A stretch of DNA of 64,000 bases from an uncultured Gammaproteobacteria bacterium (GCA_964384955.1 CAYLLP010000001.1:10004-74003), one strand, 5' to 3'; positions 55,185 to 63,905 are shown, counted from the first letter of the stretch. Numbers and translations: made by a program. Notes: generated from the letters alone by a model not told the origin.

Positions 55185-56816
55185 ATGTTGAAGATTTTAG
55201 TGCGTACTAAGAGGCTACTTCTCCTGGAGCAAAAGAGCATTTTCTCCTCGGCCGCTGTCATTGCTCTGATGATCGTGGTGGCGCGGGCCTTTGGGTTCCT
55301 CCGCTACCGCATACTGGTCGGGCTCTTCACCAAAGAGCAGCTTGATCTTTTTTTTGCCTCATTTCGTGTCCCAGACCTCATATTTGAAATCTTGATTTCT
55401 GGTGCGCTTACTTCTGCTTTTATCCCCATATTTATCAAGTATCAGAAAAACAAGCAAGAGCTTCACGAGAACATTTCCTCCATTGTAAATTTGATCAGTT
55501 TGGTGATGTTTGCGTTTGTCATCACCGCCTTTTTCCTTGCCCCGTACATCATACCCCTTATTACTCCCGGCTTTAGCCCGCAGCAGACGCATACGGTGGT
55601 ATTCTACTCTAAGCTGCTTCTGGTGGGGCAGCTGCCTTTTTTGGTGTTCGCCTCCTTCCTGACCGGAGTAGGACAGGCGCACAAAGTCTTCATCATTTCA
55701 GCGCTCTCTCCCCTCGTCTACAATTTGGCTATTATCATCGTCACCGTATTCTTCTCCTCCAATTTCTTTCTTTTGGCACCCGTGATTGGAGTCATTCTCG
55801 GCGCTCTTTTATCCTTCTTGATTCAGCTTCCGCTCTTGCCTCGAGCTAAATTCGTCTATATGCCAATTATCAAGATCACACGCGGTCTGAAAGAATTTGT
55901 GTCGATGATCGTGCCCCGCGTAGTGACAACAGCGGCAGCGCAAATCGATGCTACTATCGACCTCTCACTTACAACACTTATGGGGGCTGGCAGCTACACC
56001 ATTTTCTACCTCGCGCAGCACCTGCAGCTGCTGCCCGTCTCAATTATCGGAATCTCCTTTGGCCAGGCGTCCCTTCCCTACATGTCGCAGCTCTACCAGG
56101 ACAACAAGATGGAGGAGTTTCGTCGCACCATTATAAGCTCGCTTTTGTCTATGCTTTTTTTCACCATTCCCCTCATGAGTTTTTTTGTCTTCGCTCGCAC
56201 ACCCTTAGTGCGACTTTTTTTTGGTGGCCCAAAGTTTGACTGGGCCGCGACCGTCCAGACCGCAGTCACTTTGTCCTATTTCTCTCTTTCCATACCCTTC
56301 CACACCATTTATTACTTCATCACACGCTGCTTCTATGCAATTTTAGACAGCAGGACGCCTTTTGTGGTCAGTGTGGCGACCATATTTTTAAATATCGCCC
56401 TCAGCCTCTACTTCGTGTTTGTGCTACGGCTCCCTGTCGAGGCCTTGGCTATTTCTTTCTCTCTTACAATTATTATTAACGTGTGCGTACTTTTTGCTCT
56501 ACTGGCCTCGAAGGTGAAGGGACTAGATCTAAGATTTTTTACTATTGAGATTGTAAAAATTACTGTCACTACTTTTATCGCCTCGCTATTTGTGTATTAC
56601 CTCATGAAGCTTCTGGACGGACTTGTCTTTGATACCACCCGCACGATTAACGTGTTTATGCTACTTTTGACCGGCGGCGGGGTCTATCTAGCGCTCTACT
56701 TATTCCTTTCATGGCTATTACAGGTGAAGGAATTTGCGCAAGTTGCCACAATTGTGCAAAAAGCGCAGATGTATCGCAAGAGAATTATTGAGATTTACAC
56801 CGACATTGACCGATGA
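55185..56816 (+). CDS. murJ: Lipid II flippase MurJ (MviN)
   Basis: 543 aa with about 14 TM helices. The N-terminal pattern ARAFGFLRYRILVGLF...FFASFRVPDLIFEILISGALTSAFIPIF is typical of MurJ. Confidence 0.9.
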   Translation: MLKILVRTKRLLLLEQKSIFSSAAVIALMIVVARAFGFLRYRILVGLFTKEQLDLFFASFRVPDLIFEILISGALTSAFIPIFIKYQKNKQELHENISSIVNLISLVMFAFVITAFFLAPYIIPLITPGFSPQQTHTVVFYSKLLLVGQLPFLVFASFLTGVGQAHKVFIISALSPLVYNLAIIIVTVFFSSNFFLLAPVIGVILGALLSFLIQLPLLPRAKFVYMPIIKITRGLKEFVSMIVPRVVTTAAAQIDATIDLSLTTLMGAGSYTIFYLAQHLQLLPVSIIGISFGQASLPYMSQLYQDNKMEEFRRTIISSLLSMLFFTIPLMSFFVFARTPLVRLFFGGPKFDWAATVQTAVTLSYFSLSIPFHTIYYFITRCFYAILDSRTPFVVSVATIFLNIALSLYFVFVLRLPVEALAISFSLTIIINVCVLFALLASKVKGLDLRFFTIEIVKITVTTFIASLFVYYLMKLLDGLVFDTTRTINVFMLLLTGGGVYLALYLFLSWLLQVKEFAQVATIVQKAQMYRKRIIEIYTDIDR

Positions 56817-58087
56817 TACCACGTATGAAAAAGACAACTCCTCATGGTCATGAAGCCATTAAGTCGATCCAGAAGAAGCTTCTGGGGAAGAAGCTTACGT
56901 ATCAAGAGGTCTATAATCTTATGGATGAGATCGCGCGCGGCAGATTGTCTGACATTCTTACCACCTACTTTGTGGCGTCATCATTCAGGACCGGGTTTTC
57001 CCCGGACGAGCTCTACCATCTCACTCGGGCAATGGTCGAGACCGGGGCTAAGCTCAAATTTGACGGAATTGTGGCAGACAAGCACTCGACAGGCGGCGTG
57101 GCTGGCACACGGACGACCCTTATTGTCGCGCCGATTATCGCGGCCTGTGGCTATAAAATACCCAAAACGTCATCTCGGGCCATTACGTCCCCGGCCGGCA
57201 CCGCAGATGTCATGGAAGTATTCGCCGATGTGGTGTTTAGCGTCCCTCAAATTGAGCGCATTGTCAACTCCATTGGAGCATGCATTGTATGGGGAGGACA
57301 CCTAGGAATAGCGCCTGCCGACGATGTAATTATACGCATCGAGGAGCCTTTATCCTTCGAGTCGTATGATAAAGTCATCGTCTCGATTATGGCCAAAAAG
57401 GTCGCGGTCTCCACAACCCATCTTGTACTTGATATTCCAGTCGGCCCTACGATGAAAATTAAGCGCCGCGCGGAGGCTCTTAAAATTGAGGCCAAATTTA
57501 TGAGCTTAGGGCGACGATTTGGCATGAAAATTGTCGCTGACATTCGGGAAACCTATGAGCCGGCGGGCCAGGGCGTGGGACCTGTGCTGGAGGCCCGAGA
57601 CGTCCTCAAGGTGCTTGAACAGACCAAAGACCGCTCCATCCCTTTGGAGGAGAAGGCATTGCGCCTGGCGGGGAAGCTTCTTGAGATATGCTACGAGGGT
57701 CACAAGATCAAAAAAGATGCATATGCGGAGGTTGCGCTTATGCTGCGCTCAGGGGCTGCGCTTGCGAAATTTAAAGAGATCGTGAAAGCACAGGGAGGGA
57801 ACTCGCATATTTCCTCCGAGACTCTCCTCGTGAAAGGTCATAAACGAGAGTTTACGAGCCTGCGATCTGGTACAATAAAGCGTGTCAACAACTTCAACCT
57901 CAACACGGCGGCCAAAATTCTGGGCGCACCACAAGATAAGCACGCCGGAATATTTCTTAATAAAAAAATCGGGCATACGGTCGACAAGAAGGAACCGCTC
58001 TTTTATTTTTACTCAAAAGATAGATATCGATTAGAGGAGGCTCACGCCACACTCATTAATTTTCCAATCTATGAAATTCAAAGCTAG
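56813..58087 (+). CDS. Thymidine-phosphorylase-fold enzyme of the archaeal AMP-phosphorylase type
   Basis: 424 aa. KHSTGGVAGT and PKTSSRAITSPAGTADVMEVF resemble archaeal DeoA/AMP phosphorylase rather than the bacterial TP motif (SGRGLGHTGGT). Confidence 0.7.
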   Translation: MIPRMKKTTPHGHEAIKSIQKKLLGKKLTYQEVYNLMDEIARGRLSDILTTYFVASSFRTGFSPDELYHLTRAMVETGAKLKFDGIVADKHSTGGVAGTRTTLIVAPIIAACGYKIPKTSSRAITSPAGTADVMEVFADVVFSVPQIERIVNSIGACIVWGGHLGIAPADDVIIRIEEPLSFESYDKVIVSIMAKKVAVSTTHLVLDIPVGPTMKIKRRAEALKIEAKFMSLGRRFGMKIVADIRETYEPAGQGVGPVLEARDVLKVLEQTKDRSIPLEEKALRLAGKLLEICYEGHKIKKDAYAEVALMLRSGAALAKFKEIVKAQGGNSHISSETLLVKGHKREFTSLRSGTIKRVNNFNLNTAAKILGAPQDKHAGIFLNKKIGHTVDKKEPLFYFYSKDRYRLEEAHATLINFPIYEIQS

Positions 58088-59048
58088 AGCACTAATTTTT
58101 ATGGCAGTTCTGGTGACGACTCTGGTGGTAGGCTATCTCTTCTATCGGGAGGGGCTTCTTCCAGTCAATAAAAAAGATACAGCGGTTAAAACGTTTGTGA
58201 TCGAACGCGGCTTGGGGCTGACCGCTATTGCCAACAAGCTTGAGAAGGAGGGCCTCATCCGCAATCGCCTCGTGTTTTTCATTGTCGTGAAGCGACTGGG
58301 GATTGAAAAGAATATCCAGGCCGGAGATTTCCGGCTCTCGCCTTCAATGACGGCTATTGAGATTGCCACCGAGCTCACCCATGGCACGCTTGACGTGTGG
58401 GTGACCATCCCCGAAGGGCTTCGCAACGAGGAGGTGGCTGAGAAAATCTCCGATACGCTGGATATCCCGGAAACTGAGCTCTTGATCCCCATGGCGGGAC
58501 GAGAGGGCTATCTTTTCCCCGACACGTATTTGATCGCCAAAACTGCGTCTCCTGAAGCAATTATCATGAAGCTACGCACTACCTTTGACCAAAAATACAC
58601 ACCAGAAATTGCTCAAAAGGCACGCTCTTTGAATCTAACTCAAAAAGAAGTAGTCACGATTGCCTCCCTTATCGAGCGAGAGGCGAAATTTGAGGAGGAT
58701 CGCGTCCGCATTGCCAGTGTCATTCTCAAGCGCTATCGGGAGGATATGCTTCTGCAGATTGATGCCACGATTCAGTATGCCTTAGGCTATCAGCCGCAAG
58801 AAAAACGCTGGTGGAAGAGCGCATTATCTTTCGAGGATCTCGAGCTTGTTTCCCCATATAATACCTATCTTAATGTGGGCCTTCCCCCCACCCCTATTGC
58901 CAATCCCGGCATGGCCTCTATAAAAGCAGTCGTGGCAGCCAATCCCGATACTCCCTATCGGTTTTATGTGCATGACAGGGCCGGGCGTGCCCACTTTGCC
59001 CGCACAGCGCAGGAGCACGAGCGCAACATCCAAAAGTACCTCAAATAG
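58071..59048 (+). CDS. mltG: Endolytic murein transglycosylase MltG (YceG family)
   Basis: 325 aa. N-terminal TM helix, LysM-like region, ASLIEREA, and SPYNTYLNVGLPPTPIANPG. Confidence 0.92.
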   Translation: MKFKARALIFMAVLVTTLVVGYLFYREGLLPVNKKDTAVKTFVIERGLGLTAIANKLEKEGLIRNRLVFFIVVKRLGIEKNIQAGDFRLSPSMTAIEIATELTHGTLDVWVTIPEGLRNEEVAEKISDTLDIPETELLIPMAGREGYLFPDTYLIAKTASPEAIIMKLRTTFDQKYTPEIAQKARSLNLTQKEVVTIASLIEREAKFEEDRVRIASVILKRYREDMLLQIDATIQYALGYQPQEKRWWKSALSFEDLELVSPYNTYLNVGLPPTPIANPGMASIKAVVAANPDTPYRFYVHDRAGRAHFARTAQEHERNIQKYLK

Positions 59049-59102
59049 CCCGGGCTATAATCTTCCCTCTATAGCGCTTTCTTTGCTATAATTACTCTTC
59101 TT

Positions 59103-60458
59103 ATGTCAGAACGATTTGTGGCAAAAGGGGGAGGCACGACCGGCGCCGACTCAACTGCAATTATGCAAGGTGTGTATGGTCGAATGATTGATGGAGAGCT
59201 CACACCTGCGGCCATAATCCCGTCAGCACCCGGAAAAACAAAGGACGCCAAGAAGCTTACTGATTATGCGATTGCTTGTATTGGAGCAGGAGCTAAGTCC
59301 GACAATAAGAAACTAGATGAAAATTTCGAGCCTATACGAGAAAGATTTCGTGAAATAGCTGACGGACTGGGCCTTCTTTGGGCTCCTTATCGTGATTTAA
59401 TTGGTGTATATTACGGGGCACTGCAAGAAGGGTATGGCCATGCAGGAGTACCTGAACAGATAATGGGCCATATACTAGCTGACGCAGTGCCAAACGGGGT
59501 CTATATTAAACCTACCGAGGTAATAGACGTTGACACCAATGGCAATGTTGCTCTTTCCTCGTCGAAAAAAGCGGGACGGGTGCTGCGTAAATTGCCCAAA
59601 AATGCTGTTCCTGTGATAGGCGGTTTTGTGGGGGAAGGCGTGGATGGTGTAGGCGTCACCACAAGACGGGGAGGAAGCGACACTACAGGAGCACATATAG
59701 CTCGGGCTCTGAAAATGCCATATGTCATCTACACAGACACACCAGGCATCATGTCTGTGGACACAAGCAAGATATCGGGGATTTCTAACCCGATCACACA
59801 TGGGGAGTTAGAGTTTTCCGAAGTTCGTGAAGCGGCCATTATCGGGAATACATATGTTGTGAATGCGGCGGCTCTTGACCCTATCGAACAGATGAATGGA
59901 ATAATAATAGTAAAAGATTATAGAGATAGTAATGCCGCAGGAACGGTGATTGCTCGAGGCGACCGGACACTCAGACCTGGCGAACTAGGTTCTATCATTA
60001 CAGGGAAGCCATATCGCTTAATTCGGATTGTGAAACATAACTCTGATCCTGAGGTTGGATTCAATCGGGCCGTGGCCGATGCGTTTGCAGCCCACCGGGT
60101 ACCTGTACACCAGCATTATGACGAGACCAATGCCATATCGGTGACCACGGATCGTGATGAAAATAACACGCAGAGGGAAACGGCGATTCGCAAGGCTCTA
60201 AATGATGTGGAGAGGCACCTCAAGCCGGTCAAAATCGAGGTAGACAGTCATGGGTGCCAAAGCGGTATATCTATTATAGGTGCGGGCCTGCGAAACCGCG
60301 GAGGAGTACTCCAAGAGAGAGTTGGGGAAGTCTTGAAGGATCTTCGAATAAAGGCAAACCCCTTTAGTTTTTCTGGCATAAATTACTCTGTGCTTGTACC
60401 AGACGAAAAATTCGAAGAAACGGTAAGAAAATTGCACGAGGCCGTGATCGTGGGCTAA
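59103..60458 (+). CDS. Aspartate kinase-like (amino-acid kinase fold plus C-terminal ACT-like region), divergent
   Basis: 451 aa. VAKGGGTT in place of the usual KFGGTS, RRGGSDTTGAHIARAL, IYTDTPGIMSVD, and a C-terminal ISIIGAGLRN ACT-like segment. Confidence 0.6.
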   Translation: MSERFVAKGGGTTGADSTAIMQGVYGRMIDGELTPAAIIPSAPGKTKDAKKLTDYAIACIGAGAKSDNKKLDENFEPIRERFREIADGLGLLWAPYRDLIGVYYGALQEGYGHAGVPEQIMGHILADAVPNGVYIKPTEVIDVDTNGNVALSSSKKAGRVLRKLPKNAVPVIGGFVGEGVDGVGVTTRRGGSDTTGAHIARALKMPYVIYTDTPGIMSVDTSKISGISNPITHGELEFSEVREAAIIGNTYVVNAAALDPIEQMNGIIIVKDYRDSNAAGTVIARGDRTLRPGELGSIITGKPYRLIRIVKHNSDPEVGFNRAVADAFAAHRVPVHQHYDETNAISVTTDRDENNTQRETAIRKALNDVERHLKPVKIEVDSHGCQSGISIIGAGLRNRGGVLQERVGEVLKDLRIKANPFSFSGINYSVLVPDEKFEETVRKLHEAVIVG

Positions 60459-62623
60459 ATGGCACCAGTGTTTTCGGGCTCCTCAGGCATGCCTCGGCGA
60501 AGGACCTCACGTGGCTTGGACCCTTCTGCGGGTCCTACTATGCCAGCGGCCTCGAGCTGATCTAAGATGCGGGCTGCACGGGCGTAGCCGATTGATAGGC
60601 GGCGCTGCAATAGTGAAGCTGACGCCTTGTCATGCGAGGCGATAAGCTCAATTGACTGCTTGAAGAGGGGATCCTGCCCTTCGACACCACTCATGTTGCC
60701 TCCAGAGCGAAGCGGAATTGAGAGCGGCGCATCTTTCTCCGTAATTTCCTGCGTATAGTTGACTTGCGGCGCTTGCGCCTTGAGGAAGCCCACGACTTCA
60801 TGAATCTCGTGCTCTGTGACGTACGGTCCTTGGATGCGGCGGGGCTTGGCCTGATCAGGCGGCAAGTAGAGCATGTCTCCCCGCCCCAATAGCTTCTCGG
60901 CGCCGGGCATATCGATAATGACGCGCGAATCGACCATGGTCGACACATTAAACGCGATTCGGGTGGGAATATTAGCCTTCATGAGGCCGGTAATGACGTC
61001 CACAGACGGTCGCTGTGTGGCGAGCAAGAGGTGAATGCCGGTGGCCCGGGCCATCTGGGCAATGCGGGTAATCAGATCCTCCGCATCCCCTGGCGCAAAA
61101 ATCATGATATCGGCAAGCTCATCGATCACGAATATTATATATGGCTTTTTCTCAATTCCTGAGATATTGTTGTACCCCTCAAGGTTACGCACGCCCTTAG
61201 TGGCAAACTCCTTGTATCTGGCTTCCATCTCCCCTACTGTCCACCGAAGAGCTTTTATGATCTTCTCAGGCTCCACAATGACCTCCGTCAAGAGGTGTGG
61301 AATGCCATTGTAGAGAGTGAGCTCCACGCGCTTGGGGTCGACCATGATAAGCCGCAGATCTTCGGGCTTTGTGCGGAAGAGGAATGTGGCGATCCAAGCG
61401 TTCAGAAGCACCGACTTTCCGCTACCTGTCGTGCCGGCAATCAGCACATGGGGCATCTTGCTAATCGAGGCCATCTGCACCGCCCCCGACACATCAAGCC
61501 CAAGAGGCACCAAAATAGGATCGTGATTTTGGGACACATGAGGAGTGGACAAAAGCCGCTTGAGGGTGACGATCTCAGGGCGCTTGTTGGGAAGCTCGAT
61601 CCCGACCATTGCACGGCCTGGAATTGGCGCCTCGATTCTCACCTGACCGGTGGGAGCGGCAAGGGCGAGAGCAAAATCATTGGAAAGGGCGCTAATTTTG
61701 GAGAGCTTAGTGCCCATAGTGATCTCAAGCGCGTACTGGGTGACCGTGGGGCCGAAGTTGACTTCTGCCACTCGCGCTCGGATCCCGAAGCTATCCAGGG
61801 TCTTCTCGATGGTGTCGGCATTTCTTTTGATGTCTCCCCGATCGGCCTCAGTCTGCGACACATCGGTAAGAAGTGTGAGGGGAGGATACTGCCAGGGCGC
61901 GCCCGTCTTGAGGAGTGGCTTGATGCTCATGTCCTGGGACTGGGTCACCGGCGTCGGCGTCGCCACCACGCGTGAGGTCTCTAGAGGTTTTTTGTTGATC
62001 TGAAAATTCTTGTCGTGGATATAGCTGTCTTGGACTTTTCCCTTTTGGTTTTTGTCCTTAGACAGCATCTCTCGGAAGCCGTGATTTTTGAGAAGCTCCC
62101 AAATGGTACGCCCCGCATCGATCAAAAACAATACGAATGCGTCCACAGACGTGTCCAAGAACAAAATAAGCCCCACTAAAAACGCCACCACAAGAATAGT
62201 GATGGCCCCAGCCGGAGAGAAGTCTTGCGCTAGATTGGTATAGCAGAAGCTCCCCCAGCTGCCGGCCCGAAACACCCCCAGAAGCGACACAAAAATCAAG
62301 AGTCCTCCTAAAGAAATGTTGATTTTCACAAACTTGAGCCTTTTGACATTGAAAAAATGGCCGGAGAGAAGGAGCATGACAAATGGGAGCAAATAGGAGA
62401 AAATTCCAAACTTTTCGCGCAGCGATGCATTTATGCGCTCCAAATACACCCCCTGCGTGCCTTGAGAAAGCACGCCAAAGAGCGATATTAAAAAAAGGAC
62501 TGCCGCTCCAATGAGGAAAAATCCGATGATATTGAAGATCGTTTTTTTGTTTATTTTAAGCCTAAAAAAAGGCACACTCACACGGCGAGTGCGTCGTACT
62601 CTTCTCCTGCCCCATCGTGCCAT
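60455..62623 (-). CDS. ftsK: DNA translocase FtsK/SpoIIIE
   Basis: 722 aa. N-terminal TM helices, Walker A GTTGSGKS, Walker B IFVIDELADIM, and a C-terminal gamma winged-helix domain (ASASLLQRRLSIGYARAARILDQLE). Confidence 0.95.
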   Translation of the reverse strand: MARWGRRRVRRTRRVSVPFFRLKINKKTIFNIIGFFLIGAAVLFLISLFGVLSQGTQGVYLERINASLREKFGIFSYLLPFVMLLLSGHFFNVKRLKFVKINISLGGLLIFVSLLGVFRAGSWGSFCYTNLAQDFSPAGAITILVVAFLVGLILFLDTSVDAFVLFLIDAGRTIWELLKNHGFREMLSKDKNQKGKVQDSYIHDKNFQINKKPLETSRVVATPTPVTQSQDMSIKPLLKTGAPWQYPPLTLLTDVSQTEADRGDIKRNADTIEKTLDSFGIRARVAEVNFGPTVTQYALEITMGTKLSKISALSNDFALALAAPTGQVRIEAPIPGRAMVGIELPNKRPEIVTLKRLLSTPHVSQNHDPILVPLGLDVSGAVQMASISKMPHVLIAGTTGSGKSVLLNAWIATFLFRTKPEDLRLIMVDPKRVELTLYNGIPHLLTEVIVEPEKIIKALRWTVGEMEARYKEFATKGVRNLEGYNNISGIEKKPYIIFVIDELADIMIFAPGDAEDLITRIAQMARATGIHLLLATQRPSVDVITGLMKANIPTRIAFNVSTMVDSRVIIDMPGAEKLLGRGDMLYLPPDQAKPRRIQGPYVTEHEIHEVVGFLKAQAPQVNYTQEITEKDAPLSIPLRSGGNMSGVEGQDPLFKQSIELIASHDKASASLLQRRLSIGYARAARILDQLEAAGIVGPAEGSKPREVLRRGMPEEPENTGAI

Positions 62624-62674
62624 ATCTTCTCATTGTAGTGTACGGCTACAACAAAATCAATGAAGATGTGGGTT

Positions 62675-62998
62675 TTAGGATGCAGTCGATTTCTTCTCAA
62701 GACGGCCAATTCGCACTTCATGCCCATCAAGCCGAGAATGGACGTCGGTATACCGACCTGTTAATACGGTGTGTTCTTCGTCGAATTTTTTGAATGCTCC
62801 AATAAGCCAGTCAAAATTCTTCATCGCTTCCTCCGCAAATTCACGAAGCTCACTTTGCAGCGCGTCAAATCGAGTATCTACATACTCGCGAATTTCATTA
62901 TTTTGGGTAAAGAGAGCTTCTTTTAGTATTCCCTTCGTCACCACATCATTGTCAGAGTGTTTGTTGTTTTTCATATGGTAGTAGCAATAGTAGCACAA
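62675..62998 (-). CDS. Hypothetical coiled-coil protein
   Basis: 107-aa ORF with no overlap. The likely start is Met9 (62974). No recognisable motif. Confidence 0.4.
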   Translation of the reverse strand: MCYYCYYHMKNNKHSDNDVVTKGILKEALFTQNNEIREYVDTRFDALQSELREFAEEAMKNFDWLIGAFKKFDEEHTVLTGRYTDVHSRLDGHEVRIGRLEKKSTAS

Positions 62999-63206
62999 GT
63001 GAAGAACTGTGTCAAACTTTCTTTAAATTGTCGCAAAAGCCTAAAATGAACCGCGTAGGTTCATTCGACATACCACTTTACCTATTCGATTGGACTTACA
63101 AGTACGACCATTTCGCACCACGTGGTCCAAAGTGGTAATTAAAAAGAATCATATGATTTTAATATCACGGATTTGTAGGTATAGTTGATTACTCGACTAT
63201 ACCAAA

Positions 63207-63232
63207 TGTTCAATCGATTAATCGATTGAACA
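63207..63232. repeat. Perfect 26-bp palindrome TGTTCAATCGATT|AATCGATTGAACA
   Basis: Checked base by base. Related to the hairpin at 63247-63272 (GTCCAATT-GATCGATT-AATTGGAC), which shares ATCGATTAAT. Confidence 0.9.
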
Positions 63233-63283
63233 AACTTTACTTTACGTGTCCAATTGATCGATTAATTGGACAAGGAAGAAAAA

Positions 63284-63419
63284 AACACACCCCGGGGTGT
63301 GTTGGCGTATGCTTGCTGATCATCACTGGTTATTTGCACCCTCAGGGTGTAAATGCCCTCACACCCGACCGGTGTGAAATTTTATGGACTAACAAACACA
63401 CCCTGAGGGTGTGTTTGTT
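63284..63419. repeat. Four hairpins/palindromes sharing the arm (A)CACACCC / GGGTGTG(T)
   Basis: 63284-63303 is AACACACCCC|GGGGTGTGTT, a perfect 20-bp palindrome. 63331-63355 has core CACCCT-C-AGGGTG. 63360-63376 is CACACC-CGACC-GGTGTG. 63391-63419 is AACAAACACACCCT-G-AGGGTGTGTTTGTT, with perfect 14-bp arms. Confidence 0.9.
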
Positions 63420-63447
63420 AAAGACAATTCTGCACAACTCGGCCCTT

Positions 63448-63488
63448 GTATCCTCGATTAAAGCCTCGTAATCGAGGATACACTTTTT
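63448..63488 (+). terminator. Intrinsic-terminator-like hairpin with T-run on the plus strand
   Basis: 13-bp perfect stem GTATCCTCGATTA/TAATCGAGGATAC (63448-63460 pairing with 63469-63481), an 8-nt loop, then AC and TTTTT (63484-63488). The minus-strand reading has no U-run after the stem. Confidence 0.55.
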
Positions 63489-63499
63489 AAAGCTAAAAG

Positions 63500-63859
63500 T
63501 CAAGCGGGTTTATTTTCTTCGGGCTTGTGTTCAAATGAAACTCGTTTTACAAAATACTTTCTTGGACCTTTAGCAAATAATGTGACATTTTTTCCCTCTA
63601 AAACTTGGCGATTATTAACCATGAGCACGTTTCTTTCAACATAAACTTTGCTATCTTCGACAACATATTCATCCGTAATCTCCCCCTCGGTCAGTTCGAC
63701 TTTATCATCTGATAACACTTTAATCGCGCTAAACTTTTTTGTTCGTATTTGATCAAGGATTGGAGCATTCCGTGATGACAATTCCTCCTGATACGGAGAT
63801 TTTATAGGAGTTCTTTTGACCCGAATTCCCAATACATCAACTTTTCGCTCAATTCCCAT
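63500..63859 (-). CDS. Hypothetical protein
   Basis: 119-aa ORF with no competing ORF and no recognisable motif. Confidence 0.4.
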   Translation of the reverse strand: MGIERKVDVLGIRVKRTPIKSPYQEELSSRNAPILDQIRTKKFSAIKVLSDDKVELTEGEITDEYVVEDSKVYVERNVLMVNNRQVLEGKNVTLFAKGPRKYFVKRVSFEHKPEENKPA

Positions 63860-63905
63860 AGATCAACTATATCACAAAGCGCCCAAAATTAAAATCAATT
63901 TAAGA

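Noticed and set aside
61295-61975. 226-aa plus-strand ORF, with others at 61035-61313 and 61650-62003
   Set aside because: They are antisense to the FtsK motor domain, which is unambiguous (Walker A and B motifs). The products are R/G/H-rich shadow frames.
63284-63419. Possible CRISPR array
   Set aside because: The repeated units are inverted repeats of unequal length with irregular spacing of about 25-50 bp. There are only four of them, no direct-repeat and spacer periodicity, and no cas genes in the window.
63226-63471. 81-aa plus-strand ORF in the large non-coding region
   Set aside because: The reading frame is composed almost entirely of the palindromes, giving mirror-like peptide segments. 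It has no RBS and starts inside a perfect palindrome. I treat it as non-coding, although a much smaller ORF cannot be excluded.
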